A stretch of 64,000 bases of DNA, taken from NCBI RefSeq assembly GCF_018350175.1, contig NC_058368.1, positions 220,970,001-221,034,000 on the forward strand, written 5' to 3'. Below the pieces are notes generated by a model. That model searched no databases. It worked only from the letters and a program-made list of their open reading frames with translations, and was not told the origin of the DNA. Both the position numbers and the translations under genes were made by a program. Of this stretch, positions 50,305-64,000 are shown one piece after another; within the stretch, counting starts at the first letter, position 1; every line of letters begins with the position of its first letter. Source of the stretch: Felis catus. Its lineage: Eukaryota.

Positions 50305-50539
50305 TTTTATTTATTTACTTTTTTACCTTTTTTAATGTTTGTTTATTTTTGAAAGAGAGAGAGAGAGACAGAGCATGATCAGGGGAGAGGCAGAGAGAGA
50401 GGGAGACACAGAATCCAAAGCAGGCTCTAGGCTCTGAACCATCAGCATAGAGCCTGATGTGGGGTTTAAACTCACAAACCGTGAGATCATGACCTGAGCC
50501 AAAGTCAGACACTTAACCTACTGAGCTACCAATGAGCCC
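50305..50539 (-). mobile_element. CAN-SINE
   Basis: Typical antisense SINE. Confidence 0.92.
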
Positions 50540-52163
50540 TTGGATTTACGTTTTTAAAAGCAACTTTATTGAGACTTTTTATATGACTTTTTATGACTGG
50601 TTTCTTTCACTTAGCATGATGTTTGCAAAGTTCACCCACAGTGTAGCATGTATTAAGACACCATTTTTATTGCTGAATAAATATTCCTTTTTATAGGGAT
50701 ACCACACCTTATTTATCCATGCAGCAGTTCTTTGGACATTTTGGTAGTTTATACATCATACCTATTATGAATGATGTTATTGTGAACGTTCATACTCATG
50801 TCTTCTTTTGGACATATGCTTGCCTATCTCTTACTATATTTAGTAGTGGGATTGCTAGGTCATATGATAATTCTGTTCAACATTTTGAGGAACCTCCAAA
50901 ATGGGTTCCAAAGCAGCTGCAGTATTTTACTTTCTCTTTCCCATTCAAAATGTGTAAGGGTGTCAGTTTATCCATATCCTTACCAATGCTTGTCATGAGG
51001 TTCCTTTTGATGATAGCCGCTTAATGAGTGTGAGTGGTTTTGATTTGTGCTATCTAAATACCAATGCTATTGAACACATATTTATATACTTAATGACAAT
51101 TTGTATATTTTCTTTGGAGAAATGGCTATCCTAATTCTTTGTCAATCTCTTCTTTAATTGGGTTTTCTTTTTATTATTGAGATGGAAAAACTTTTTACAT
51201 ACTTTAGATAAAATTGTCCTACTAGATATATAATTTGCAAATTTTTCTCCCATTCCATGGGTTGAATTTTCATTTTCTTTATGATGTCCTTGGGCACAAA
51301 GGTTTCAATATTGATGAAATCCAAATTATTAATTTTTCTTTTGTTTTTTGTGTTTTGGTGTCCTATTTCAGAAGCTGTTGCCTAATACAAGTGCACAAAG
51401 ATTTGCTCCTTTTTTTCTATATGATAAACATTTTAGCTCATCTGTTTCTGTTTATGATCCATTTTGAGTAAATTTTTGAATATGGTTTGAAGAAAGACTC
51501 CAACTTCATTTCTTTGAATGTGGGCAGTTTTTGTAGTATCATTTATTGAGAAAACTTCTATCCCCATGAATTGTTTTCACATCCTTTTTGACATCAGCTA
51601 ATCATAAACATTAGGGATTATTTCTGGATTCTCAGTTTTATTCCATTGGCTTATATGTTTATTCTTAGGCCAGTACCATGCTCTCTTGGGTACTGCAGAG
51701 TAAGAAGTTGTGAAATTGGGAGATGTGAATCCTTCAACTTTCTTCCCCACTTTTAAGAATGTTTTATCTGTTCTGAACCCTTGGATTTTGTGATCATCTG
51801 GACAATTTCTGCAAAAAAGCCAGCTGAGATGTTAGTAGATATTTTCTGAAATGTGTAGATCAGCTGAGGGAATATTGTAATCTTCATATTAAGTCTTCTG
51901 ATCTGTAACCAAGTGATATCTTTCAGTTTGCTCAGGTCTTCTGAAATATCTTCCAACAATATTTTATAGTTTTCAGTGTATAAATTTTACAACTTTTTCG
52001 ATAAGATTACCATGGAATTCATTCATTTTGATACTATTTTAATGAAATTTTCTCATTTGTTTTTTCAGATTGTACACTGTTAGCATGTAGAAATACAACT
52101 AATTTTTGTACACTGATCTTGTATCCTATAAACCTGCTGAACTATTTTTATCAGTTCTAAGAG

Positions 52164-52164
<1 letters not shown>

Positions 52165-52206
<42 letters not shown>
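52165..52206. repeat. (TG)n microsatellite
   Basis: Directly visible. Confidence 0.97.
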
Positions 52207-52207
<1 letters not shown>

Positions 52208-54988
52208 TGTGTTCCTTAGAGCATTCCTTAGAATTTTCTATATAAAAGATCATGACTTTTCTTAATAAAGGGGGTTTTAAATCTTCGTTCCAATCTGAAT
52301 GTCTTCTATTTCCTTTTCTTGCCTAATTTTCCTGGCTGGAACTTCCAGTACAATATTTCATAGAAGTGGTAAGAGGGAACATTTTTGTGTTATTCCTGAT
52401 TTTAAAGGAAGGTTTCAGTCTTTCACCACTAAGTATAATGCTATATGTGTGGGTTTTTCCCCCACAGATGTCCTTTATCAAATTAAAGAGTTCCCTTACA
52501 TTCCTAGTTTATTGAATATTTCTATAATGAAAGAGTGTTGGATTTTGTCAAATGTTTTTCTGTATCTATTGAGAGGATTTCTATTCCCATTTATTCTACT
52601 TAAAAATGTGTATTGCAATGACTAATTTTCAGTAAGGTGTTAAACCAAAATTATATTCCTTGGACAAATCCCACGTGGTCATGGTCTACAAATGTTTTTA
52701 TATGCTGCTAGATTTATTTTGCTAGTATTTTGTTGATAATATATGTATCAGTATTCCCAAAGGATGCCTGTCTATTTTCCTCTTTGTTACAATGCCTTTG
52801 TCTGGTTTTGCTTTCAAAGTAATATTGGTCTCATAGAAGGAACTGAAAAGTTCTCTCTTACTCTTGAAAATTTTGAGGATTAGTATTACTTCTTCAAATG
52901 TTTGTTAGAATTCAATAGTGAAATGATCTGAAATTGAACATTTCTTTGTAAGAAGGAATAAAATGAGTAATTCAGTGCTTTTACTTGTAATAGGTTAATT
53001 CCTGTTTTCTGTTTCATATTGAGTCAGTTTTGATAGTTTGCAGGTTTTTCATTTGTTTTTTTTTTCTTTTCATCTAGGTTATTTACTTTAGTGGTATACA
53101 ATTGTTTATAGTATTCTTTTATAATCCTTCTTGTATTTTATAAGGTTAGTTGTAATCTGTCCCATACTTTTTCCCTGATTGCTAAATTAAGGCTTCTCTC
53201 TTATTTTTCTTTGTCAATCAAGCTAGAAGTTTGTCAACTTTATTGATTTTTTTCAAAGAACAAAGTTTTGGTTTTATTGATTTGTCTCTTTTTAGAAGTT
53301 ATTATATCTGTTTCTTCTTTAATGTGTCCTTTTTTTTCTGCTAGCTTTGGGTTTAATTTGCTCTTCTTTATCTACTATCTAAAAATGGATTGGTAAGTTA
53401 TTTAGCTGAGATCTTTCATTAATTTTGATATAGGCACTTGTAGCTCTAAATTTCCTCTGAACTTAGCTTTAGTTATATCTGATAAGCTTGGATGTTTTGT
53501 GGTTTTATGTTGATTCATCTCAAAGTGTTTTCTACTTTTCCTTGTGACTTGTTCTTTTATCTACTGGATATTAGGGAGTGTCTTATTTAATTTGTTCATG
53601 TTTGCAAATTTTCTGTTGTCATTCCTAATTTTAAAACATTATTTAGGTTTGCTTTTGGGCCTAGCATATGGTCTGTTTTGGAGAAGATTCTTGGCATACA
53701 GGAGATGAATATGTATTTGTTTTTGCTGGTGGAGGGTTGTATAGATATGTTAGGTCAATTTGGTTTATAGTGCTGTTTGAGTTCTTTCAATTCCTAGTTG
53801 CCTATCATTTATTGAAAATGGGTTTTTGAAGCTTCTGTCTATTATTCTCTAATTATCTATTTCCCTTTTCATTGCTGTTGTTTTTTGCTTCATGTATTTT
53901 GTGGCTATGTTGTAGCTTCACATAAGTTCATATTTGTATGTTTTAGGATGGATTGATACTTTTATCATTATATTCTTCATATTGTAACAATTTTTATCTT
54001 AATGTATATTTTGTCTAGAGCCACTCTCTTCTCTTCTGCTCCTTTGGTTTCTATTGGCATGGCATAACTTTTTCCATCCTGTTACTTTGAGCCTTTGGTT
54101 TCTTTAAATTGTATCTCAGTTGTATCTCTTGTAGATAACACCAAACATTTAAGAGCATTTTTAATCCATTCTGTTATTCTCTGCCTCTCTGCCTTTAGAT
54201 TGGGAGGCTTAATCAATCTGTTTTTAGTATAATTACTAATATTGCAGAATTTACTCTGTCATTTTGCTATTTTTATTCTACATTTCTTAGATCATTTTTT
54301 GTTCATCTGTTTCTCCATTACTGCTGTCTTTTGTATTAAAATGTTTAATTTCTAGCATCTCATTTTGATTATATTTTACTATATTTTTAAGTTAATGTTT
54401 TTAGTGGTATGCCTAGGGATTACAAATACCATGCTAATTTAAGGCAATCAAGTTCAAGTAATGCAAAATTAATTTAATAGCATACAAAAGATTTATTCCA
54501 ATAAAGCCCCCTTTCTTCCTTTTTATTGTCAGATAACATGGTTATATATTACAAACTCGCCTAATGATTTTGTAACTCTTGGTTTATGCAGCCTTTTTCA
54601 CAATATAGAGGAAAAGATTTACAAACATGAAAAATACATTTGCATAGCTTTTATATTTACCTATGTAGTTACTGTACTCATGTTCCTTATCACTATTCCT
54701 GTATTTGAGTTAATATGTAGTACACATTCATTTAAGCCTGAATCTTTCCCTTTAGAGTTTTTGTAGGGCAAGTCTATTAGCAATGAATTCTCTCAGTATT
54801 TGTTAACTGGGGTATTATTCATTTCCTCTTCATTTTTAGAGGTTCCTTTTACTGGGTATAAAATTCTTTATTGACTACTGACTACTCTTTTCTTCATTCA
54901 TTTTGAATACATCCTCCCACTGTCTTCTAGTGTTGGTTCTTCTGATGAGAAATCAGCTTTTAACTTAATTGAGATTCCTTATATGTAG

Positions 54989-54992
<4 letters not shown>

Positions 54993-55037
<45 letters not shown>
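54993..55037. repeat. (TC)n microsatellite
   Basis: Directly visible. Confidence 0.97.
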
Positions 55038-55041
<4 letters not shown>

Positions 55042-56548
55042 GTCTTTCTCTCTTCTGCTGCTTTCAAGATTTTTCTTTTACCTTTGCCTTTATCACTTTG
55101 ATGAATTTGAATTTATGTCTATGTGTGGATCTCTTTAAGTTTCTCTTTTTTGAAGTTCATTGAGTTCCTTGGATGTGTACATTATTATTTTTCATCATGC
55201 TTAGGGATATTTCAGCCATATGTGTTTATGTATTCTTTCTGATTCTTTCTCTCCTCTAAAACTGAGAATCTCATTATGCATTTGTTAGCATAAGTAATGG
55301 TGTCCCACAGATCTCTGAGATTCTTTTCATTTTCCTCATTATTTCTTCTTCTTGTTCTTACCTGGGATTATCTCAATTGACTTGTGTTCATGTTCATGGA
55401 GTCTTTCTTCTGTCAGCTCAAAACTGCTTTACAAGCTCTTCAGTATATTTTTTAATTATTATATTTTTCAAATCCAAATCTTTTTTATTCCTTTTTTAAA
55501 AAAATAATTTCTATCTATTTATTGTTATTCTCTATTTGATGAGACATTGTTTATAAACTGTCCTTTAGTTCTTTAAATATATGTTTCTTTATTTTTTGGA
55601 TATATTTATAATGGATAATTTAAAATATTTGTTTGATAAGCTCATTCTCTTATCTTTTACCAACCATTGTTAAACGTTACCTTGACATTTTATGTTGAAG
55701 AGTTTTCTCATTGAATTTTGCTGATCTTTCTATCCTCTTATGTAAGTATTTAGCCCTGCATAAGTTTGTTCCTGGAGTTAAACTTTACTTGGCCATGATG
55801 CCTTATTTTTAAATCCATTTCAAGATTGGTTTGATACTAGATACAAAAATCTTAGCAAATGTATTCTCCATTGAGGTTGGTCTGAAAATTTTCTCTCTCA
55901 ACAATATTTGGCTCCTTTTTTTTTAGATGACAGCTAATAACTAGAGGATAAATCATTCTTTTACTTTCTTATCGAAGTGTGGGGTGAAATGATTTCAACT
56001 TTGAATCTTTGGTGAAATGTTATTGAAATGACTGAGTTAGTATCTGATTTATTTTGTGGGAGTTGGAGAGGGGCTTTACTATTAATCCTGTTTACTTACC
56101 ATCTACAGGACCATTAATACTTTATAATTACCTTGAATCAATTTTGCTACACTGTATTTTGAGTACCATACATATTGCTTCTAAATTTTCAAAAATTAAT
56201 GCTACCAAGTTGTCCATTGGCATAAACTGCAGCAATGTATTAAGTCCTTTTATTATTTATTCCTAATGTTTTCTATGTACATATTTTTTTGTTTTAAACT
56301 TACCAGAGGACTATTTATTTTATTAATGTGTTCAGATAAATATTGGTCTTTGCTGATTTTTGTGTTCTCTTTTAATACAATTTTTTTTCATAATTTTTAA
56401 CTAGTATTTTATTCCTTTAAATTTCTTGATGTTTATTCTGAGGTTCTTTCTAAGATTTCTCATGTTGCATGTTCAGTTCATTAGTTTTGAGCCTTTCTTA
56501 CTTTCCAGTGCAGGCATTTACAAGTCACATGTTACTGTGAATACTGTT

Positions 56549-57058
56549 TGTAGTAGGCAGAATAATATCACCCTAAAGATATCCACACACTAATTCCTGA
56601 CACTTGTGAATATGTGACAAAAGGGATTTATAAATGACAAAAGGGTGTGGTTGAATTCAAGACCTTTGTATTAAAAAGAAAAATAAAACCTTGATATATA
56701 AATATTATCTTGTATTAGCTGGACTGACCCCATGTAATGACAAATGTGTTTTAAGTAGAAAATGGAATCAGAGGGTCAGAGACTTGAACATGCTATGTTT
56801 CTGGCTTTGACGATGAAGGAAGGGGCCACAAGCCAAAAAAATGCAAGTGGCCTCTAAGAACTGGAAAAGTTAAGGAAAAAGATTCTCTCTAAGAGCCTTC
56901 AGAAGGAATGCATTTCTGCTGACACCTTGATTTTATCCCAGTAATGCCCACATTAGAATTCAGTCCTCCAGATCTCACCGTTATGGATAATGAATTTGTG
57001 TTACTTAAGCAGCTAGCCTGGTTGTGATTTGTTGCAGCAGCGATAGCATACTAATACA
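56549..57058 (+). mobile_element. MLT1D-like MaLR solo LTR
   Basis: Starts 'tgtagtaggcagaataat', ends 'ctaataca'; near-TSD ctgtt/gtgtt; 'ctgctgacaccttgatttta'. Confidence 0.85.
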
Positions 57059-58884
57059 GTGTTTTTGCTGCATCCAAAACCAGTGCAGGATTACCAGGTA
57101 TAACCTTTGCAGTATCCATTCTGATGTCTTCTTTTCACCATGTTTTTACAGATTTATGTTTTTTCTGTTTGATTTATTGCCCCAATAATATTTTTCTAAC
57201 TTCATCATATTATGGTTAAATAAAGGGGCCTACATAATACTAATCTTAATGACATGTGGCCTATTATTGGATCATTTACTATTAATTTCATGGTTTATCT
57301 ATTGTAAATAGAATATTATACTCTAAAATAGGAAGGATCAATATTCTATAAACTGGAAGTTCACTGACTTGTTAATATTTTCTATTTTAAATTGCTATAT
57401 TTTTGTTTATCTTATTTTTTAAAGAAAGATTGTCTTTTCACTCAAATAACTGATGAGTGTACTAAACCCCATGTAATATAATTATTTTTGTATATGATTT
57501 CAGACTTGTGTTTAAGCTCTATTTTTAGATGAGGTTATTAAGTGCATACACATCTAGAACTGTTGTATGTTCCTCATAAGTTAAAATTTTAACCATTATA
57601 TATAGCCACCCTTTATATTTTTCACTTACTATTTTTCCTCATTACAAATACTCCTTACAATTCTTCCTCATTAGTAAATTTAGTGATCTGTTTTAAAAGT
57701 GTATGTCAGTACCTAATTTGTACTTTCATGTGGAGTGACTGTTATGCGTATATATTCTTCCATATTGATGTAATAATAACTCAAATTTATGACTTGCATT
57801 CTTACAGTTTAATTTCATTTCATATCTTCAAATTTCATGATAATTAAAATAAAATAAAACACTGGTGAATATTATATTCCCCAAAATCTTGAAAGAATTT
57901 GAAAATATCATCATGAGTAAAATAATAATTTCTTAGATTTTCCTTCCCTAAAGATAACATAATTCTGTTCAATATCTATTTGCAAAAATGACTATATGGA
58001 TAGGATTTTGGTTCCAATTTTAATGTATACATTAAATTAAAAATTTAATTTACTCTGATTTTCTTGATAAAATAAAGAAGCACTTTGCTGTTTCTAGAGC
58101 ATGCCATGATGCAAACAATGATTAATTTACAATGTTGGTAAAGCTATCCCATACACATTCATTAGGGAGAAACAGAACACTAGTAAACAGAAGATAAATT
58201 ATTTGTTCAGAAAATACTGAATTAATTCATAGCAGGTCTCAGTATATCAAGGTAGCGCTCACTCCATACCAGAATTGAAGACTAGGTTTTAGTGAGAAAC
58301 ATGGAAAAAAAGGTTGAAGATTTGCTATTATATGCAAGTCAAATGAGTTGAAGTATATATGTGTTGGTATCATTAAAAAGGGATGGATTAGGGAAAAAAA
58401 AGACTTAAAACATCAAAAAAGGAATTGTACAAATCCTGGTTAATTTTTACAAGATACAAGGTACAAAATTATTACCCATAAATGTGTATTCAGGATTCAG
58501 AGAGAAGATAATAAATGTTAAATTGGAAATCCAGATGCCCATATAGTTAGGACTCTGGTCAGTGTTTAATATAAAAGTAGCAGGTGCTGACATTCATTTG
58601 GATCAAAGTAACAGAACGTGCTGTGTGGTCTTGGCAATCTCCTCAGACAAGTTCTCACAGAATTTGTGCCTCTTTTCAAAGTAATTATGCCAAATGTTTT
58701 GGTAATGTTCTACCTATAAAATATATAACCTTTATCTGAAAAGCAGAACGATGCATGAGAGGCATAGAGAGAGATAGAACAAGGAAAAGAAACTCTCACT
58801 GACATAAATGAATCTTTTCTGAGTCTACCATTAGAAATCTGGCTAACCCAAATAGGAAAAACACATAATAGAAAATTAAAGGGC

Positions 58885-58947
58885 TTTAGAATTTCATGTT
58901 TAAGAATTTCATGTTTAATTTCATGTTTAAGAATTTCATGTTTAAGA
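58885..58947. repeat. Short minisatellite, about 4 copies of tttaagaatttcatg
   Basis: Directly visible; explains the HEILK repeats in ORF 58710-58994. Confidence 0.9.
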
Positions 58948-59048
58948 TATTTTTTAAAACTTATCTTTGAATAACCTACAGAAGCAGTTATCATCCCTCA
59001 GTGACTGACCCCTTACATTTTGCTATTCAAGAAATGTGAGATTTTTTC

Positions 59049-59268
59049 TTTGTTTTTAAAAAAAAATAACGTTTATTTATTTTTGAGACAGAGAGAGGCA
59101 GAGCATGAACAGGGGAGGGTCAGAGAGAGGGAGACACAGAATCTGAAGCAGGCTCCAAGCTCTGAGCTGTCAGCACAGAGCCCGACGTGGGGCTAGAGCT
59201 CACGGACCGCGAGATCATGACCTGAGCCAAAGTCGGCCGCTTAACCGACTGAGCCACCCAGGCGCCCC
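59049..59268 (-). mobile_element. Felid CAN-SINE
   Basis: CpG-rich; TSD gagattttttc at 59038-59048 and 59269-59279. Confidence 0.96.
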
Positions 59269-60539
59269 GAGATTTTTTCAATATGTAGGGTAATACTCAG
59301 ACAGCAAAGTACTTGGTTACTGAGTCTTGCTACCAGTTGTCAGCACGCAATTCAAAGTTCAGGCACCATGCAATAAGAGCTTTCTGAAGGATGCCCTGGG
59401 TATTGACAGAAGCTTCTTAGAGTTCCCAAATGTAAATCTAGAGCTATGTACACAATTGCTATCACAAGCACAGCCCTGACTGAGGCTGCTGTGGGTCTCT
59501 GCAATTTAGATAATAGAGGATTCCTAGCCTTGGGGCCCAGGCTTCTGGAAATGCACCGATAAAAGTCCATAATAGCCTAAGGATATAGCTATTCTCAACT
59601 TGCAGTTGTAACAGAAAAAAAGCAAAATGTTGTATAATATAGTGAATTTATCTATGCCCTAGAAATCATATTGTAATCATTATTCTAATGGAAAATAATA
59701 ATATTATTCTGAGTTCTGCAAACTAAGTACTTTTTAACTTAGAATATGAGATATATATAAAAGTACATTAATTTTAGAGGCAAAGAAAGCTGAAATAAAA
59801 GACCCAGCTCAGATACCTTTTAGGAGATTCACCTTATTAGGCAAGTTGGTTAACTTCTGATTCTATTTCTGCATCTGTGATATAGGCATCCTTTATCTCA
59901 AACATTCAACTTAGCATCAATAATATATTGAGTACTTATAAATAGTATTAGCTATTGTATCACCTTGAGCGTTTATTTTTCCCAATTTATGGGGAACAGT
60001 GAGAGCAATTTCCTGCAGTTGTAAAACTGTAGTAATTGGCCAAATCCCATGCTTTAGAAAACACAGATTACAACTGAGTGTGCAAGTTATCACGTAAATT
60101 AGGTTGTGGATAAACTACTTCTCTCTGTTGCTCTCCTTGCGTGAAATGAATTAGTTTCGATGTTCAGACAGAAGTAAACAAGGATACAGTCTACTCAGTG
60201 GGCGTTCATGAAGAACCTGGATGTCAGTCAAGATCAGGTTAAGACATTGAAACTGGAAGTTCTGAAAGTAATATCTGGTGCTGAGAAGATATAACAGGAT
60301 TGGGCAAAAGTAAAACCACAGGTACCAAGCAGAAATATGGTAACGGGCAGACCTCAGAGGCAAAGATGCTTGGAACTTATGGACCAAAGCCTTAGGAAAA
60401 CTGTTAGACACTATAAAGAAATATAAAGTTTTCCTTACATGTATGATCTTCCCTTTCTTTCATTCCCCTTCCCTTTCTCCTTTCTTTTCGCAATACAAAA
60501 AAGAGGTAGTTTTTATTGATATTCTTTGAAGATTTCTCT

Positions 60540-61480
60540 ATCTTTTTTTATTTTGGAAAACTTCCGACATACAGAAAAGTAAATAGAAAATATTTTTAAA
60601 ATTCATAAAAGTATTATCAAATGTTAGATATGCTTAATCGGGTTTTTAAAAGAATTTTAAATATAATGACAAATACTCTTCAAATACTTCAGTATTCACC
60701 TCTAAAAAATAAGAATGGGATCCTACATTTCACAATTGCACTTTAACACTAATTCCTTAATGCCATCTAACTCATTGTTCCTATTCAAACATCCCCTATT
60801 TTTCCTAAAATATCTTTTATACATTTTTGTTTAAAAAAAGACACAAGCAGGGATTACAGGTTACATTTTGTTGCTATGACTCTTAATTCTCTTTATTTAT
60901 TTATTTTTCTGTAACACTGATTTGCTGAAGACACACTTGAGTTGATATGTAGATGTTTATTCAATACAGTTTAAATGTGTTTGACACTCATACTTTTTAG
61001 GGAATTTTGTGCCCTACATATTTCAAATCACAAGGCATCCAAATTTCTGGCCATCTCACCTATAATGTTTCTAAGACTAATCATCAGTCAATGCAGTGGT
61101 AACCAGATCCCTGGAAAACCTCACCTATCAAAAACCATAAGCTCTGAGCTTATGGATACCATGTGAATATATCTGGTCCTCCATTAATCCTTTACAAAAA
61201 GATTTTAGTATGCCGGGATTATCCACTTCCTCAAAAGCTAAAAATTAATTTCCAGTCTCATCATTCACCACACATTCATGAGCTGGCATTCTTATATAAA
61301 GAACTTTTCCTCATCAGTGAAGCTATTTTATTAATCTGAAAAGTGGTTTGTGCAGGAAAGGCAGGACAAATAGTTCTTTTCATTTATAAATTTTTAGAGT
61401 AAGAATGTAAGTATAATAATCATTTCTAATTGTGGCTTTTTTCTCTTAGTTTATTTTATCTTTTGTTTGTTTATTTATTT
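60540..61480 (-). mobile_element. Ancient L1MC-type 3' end remnant
   Basis: 'ttattttggaaaacttccgacatacagaaaagt', 'aattccttaatgccatctaa', 'caggaaaggcaggacaaat'. Confidence 0.65.
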
Positions 61481-62169
61481 GTTTGTTTGGCTACATCTTT
61501 CCTTTTAATCCTCAGGATAGAAGTTTTGTTCAACAGGGAGAGTAGCATAAGTCCCCACCCATGAAATCTCTGCTATGACGTTACATTTCCAAAGAACTTG
61601 GAAACTTTCTTCTCCGAATATTTCCAAATACAAAAGTGGGAAAGGTTTTGGTAATTTTTTAATGCACAATGAGTGATATTTCCTTTAGGTAGATAGGTAG
61701 ATATAGAAACAGTTTAGGACCACAAAGAAGCATTTTACCTGAGCCTAACACAAGTAGTGAACCAAGAATATATTATTTTCAGTGATTAATTAAGATTTTA
61801 AAGAACTTCAAAATGGTGGTTAGCTAATTTGAGATACATCCAGTACGCTAATGTAAGGACCTAATCAAATAATGTGATGAGAGAGTCATGGAATTTCTGT
61901 TATTGCATGTAATCAGAGTCTGGGTTTTACATTTTATCTAAATGAAATTCTATAACGGATTAGCCAGGAAAGGAAGTACAAACACCAGAAGCGCCCACAG
62001 CCCGTCTCCCACTGCATGATCTGGTCTTTTCCTACATCTCTGTCAACTCCTTTTCATAACCCTCTCTTCCACACTTAAAACATGCTGATGTGTTTTAGAT
62101 TTTTCTAAATTAACTAGTGTCTTCCCAATTGGATTTTCACAAATTAATTTATCTCTTTTCAACTTCACA

Positions 62170-62510
62170 GCCTTTGCAATGCTGTTTCCCCCTCAGCTAA
62201 TGATTCCACAATCCCCTTTCCCACTGTCTTCTTTGTACACTTGATCTTATCCATAATGGCTCCAGTCCAAATAACCCCATGCCTCAGGTGAGGTCAGGCT
62301 CCAACTTTATTTGTAGCCTGCTGTTCTCCTGCATGGTGTCTACCCAGAACATGTAATGACATAGTTGTTAGTACATTTGGATAATGTGTGCCTGCCCCTC
62401 CCAGGTCTCAGAAGGTAGGGAATGTGACAATTTCACCACTGTTTTGCAAGAAGCCCAAAAGAGAGCCTGGGGAATCATAGACATGTAATAAATGTGTGTT
62501 GAATACATCA
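62170..62510 (+). mobile_element. L2 3' end remnant
   Basis: 'gcctttgcaatgctgtttcccc', ends 'gagcctgggg..atagacatgtaataaatgtgtgttgaat'. Confidence 0.6.
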
Positions 62511-63869
62511 GTGGAACCTGACCTTCCATCTACACTGATTCCTACTCCATATTTTATACTTTACAAAATATGCAGAGTATAACATCGGGGAGGAGACAGA
62601 CTCTCACTTCCTCTATGTCTGCTTTAGACTTTTTAAAATCAAGAAGTATATTCTTTTTCATAATTAAAATGTAGAGTGAATCTAATAAAAGATGCTGAAT
62701 GAAAGTTTTGCAGCTATACTCTTACATTCTGGGAGTCTATTTCCGCATATGTGATACATACCATTCCTAGTGAATTAAAAGAAGATATTTAGCCAAAATA
62801 TGCCTCTACTCTTTATCAAAGCAGTCACCTCTCTGTATCGTTCCGCACTGCATTCACACTCATCCTTGCCAAAGTATATTTTATTTTGTCATCTATGTAT
62901 TTTGATCGCATTTAATCCTTTCTGGAACAAGCCAAGACATGCATAAATACATACGTAACACTTTGGAAATAGCATGTGAAGATGTTTTGGCAATTGCAGA
63001 TCTATACTAAGTATTTTCAAATATGTAGGTTAAAGCACTGGTTTATTTACTATGTACTGAAAGATTTGTGTTGCATAAATCATCACACCCTTGTCAGAGC
63101 ACTTGAGCATTTTGCCTTTCATTGTTGCTGTGAAAGCCTGCAGAGGGATATCTACTGTGTGGCTGGATGTACAGAGTTACAGTCACCTAAAAATAACTTT
63201 TACTTATACTTCTGTATACACCATGTGATTCAATAGAGATGCATTAAAGTCAATATCAATATTTACATTTACTGTATTTAAAAATGTTATCATCCCTTTA
63301 TCTGACAATTTAGTTTGGAACTTAACCAAAACTTATTTTTGTTTGAGGTCCTCACATTTCAATCAGCCAAGGGTCAAAAGTGTAGATGTTTCAGGCTTTC
63401 CACTTCTGTCTCCTATTTACAGACGTTCATAATTCAAATGGAAAATTAGCTCTTAGATTAAATGTGACATGTAGATTTTATGGATGCCATCACATTAAGA
63501 TGCTTATCACCCACTTGTCCCTTCTTAACTCATCTATGCTCTGAAAGAGTATGAATGATACGGAAGAGTCTATAGATAAATTGAATAAAGTAAGTTATGT
63601 CCTGCTATATTCAATTTTTGTTGTTTGTAACTTTCTGTAACTTCATTTCTTCTAAATCATTTCTATGCCTTAAACTGGCCAATATTTGGTCATCTAACCT
63701 TAAATAAACCCAATAGTTTGGTCATCTAACCTTTAAATAAAGTCGGTCAGGTTTGAGGAGTAAATTTTTTTGCCTTGATTGCTTCCAGAAAAGTCTGTGG
63801 ATATTGTTGAGTGGCACTGGAAAATCTCACACATAAACAGGAGAGAAGGGCAAAGAAGGACAGAGATCT

Positions 63870-63985
63870 ATAATAGAGTGTAGTGGAGAGCACACCAGGC
63901 AGTCAGAAATACTGAGTTATAATCTTGATTCGAATACTTAAATATGTGTGATATTAAACACATAACTTAAATTCACAGCACCTTA
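63870..63985 (+). mobile_element. MIR remnant
   Basis: 'agtgtagtggagagcac..agtcagaaatactgagtt..aatc..tgtgtga..aacttaa'. Confidence 0.6.
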
Positions 63986-64000
63986 ACTTTATGATACAAA

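Larger units (their letters stand above)
50545..55650 (-). mobile_element. Long decayed ancient L1M element (3'UTR, ORF2 and ORF1-region remnants)
   Basis: T-rich strand with antisense L1 motifs throughout; ORF 51753-51959 resembles ORF2 '[22 protein letters not shown]'. Confidence 0.85.

Noticed and set aside
58710..58994. ORF with HEILK repeats; CRISPR-like appearance of the repeat
   Set aside because: Simple 15-bp minisatellite without spacers, in a mammalian genome.

Overview
This is AT-rich mammalian non-coding DNA from a cat-family (Felidae) genome, judged from the tRNA-derived CAN-SINEs of the felid SINEC_Fc type and the felid-type LINE-1s. I recognise no host protein-coding exon, RNA gene or CRISPR array. 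All long ORFs belong to LINE-1 or are antisense/SINE artefacts. There are three young L1s. (1) A full-length element at 19897-25855 (+) has a 20-bp TSD, an intact ORF1, an ORF2 with two frameshifts and a short 3' transduction, and sits inside an MLT1D LTR that is itself inside an L2. (2) A 5'-truncated element at 6989-9336 (-) sits inside a SINE tail and carries a younger SINE. (3) An atypical 5'-intact, 3'-less element at 47185-49930 (-) splits the A-tail of a + strand SINE. The window also holds about 27 CAN-SINEs, several MaLR solo LTRs, old L1M/L2/MIR/MER20 remnants, a Tigger/pogo-type non-autonomous DNA transposon retaining the transposase C-terminus, a decayed RPL21 processed pseudogene and many microsatellites. 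I found no convincing new biological system; the most unusual signals are retrotransposition-mechanism footprints. Subfamily names and the boundaries of old repeats come from pattern recognition and are approximate.
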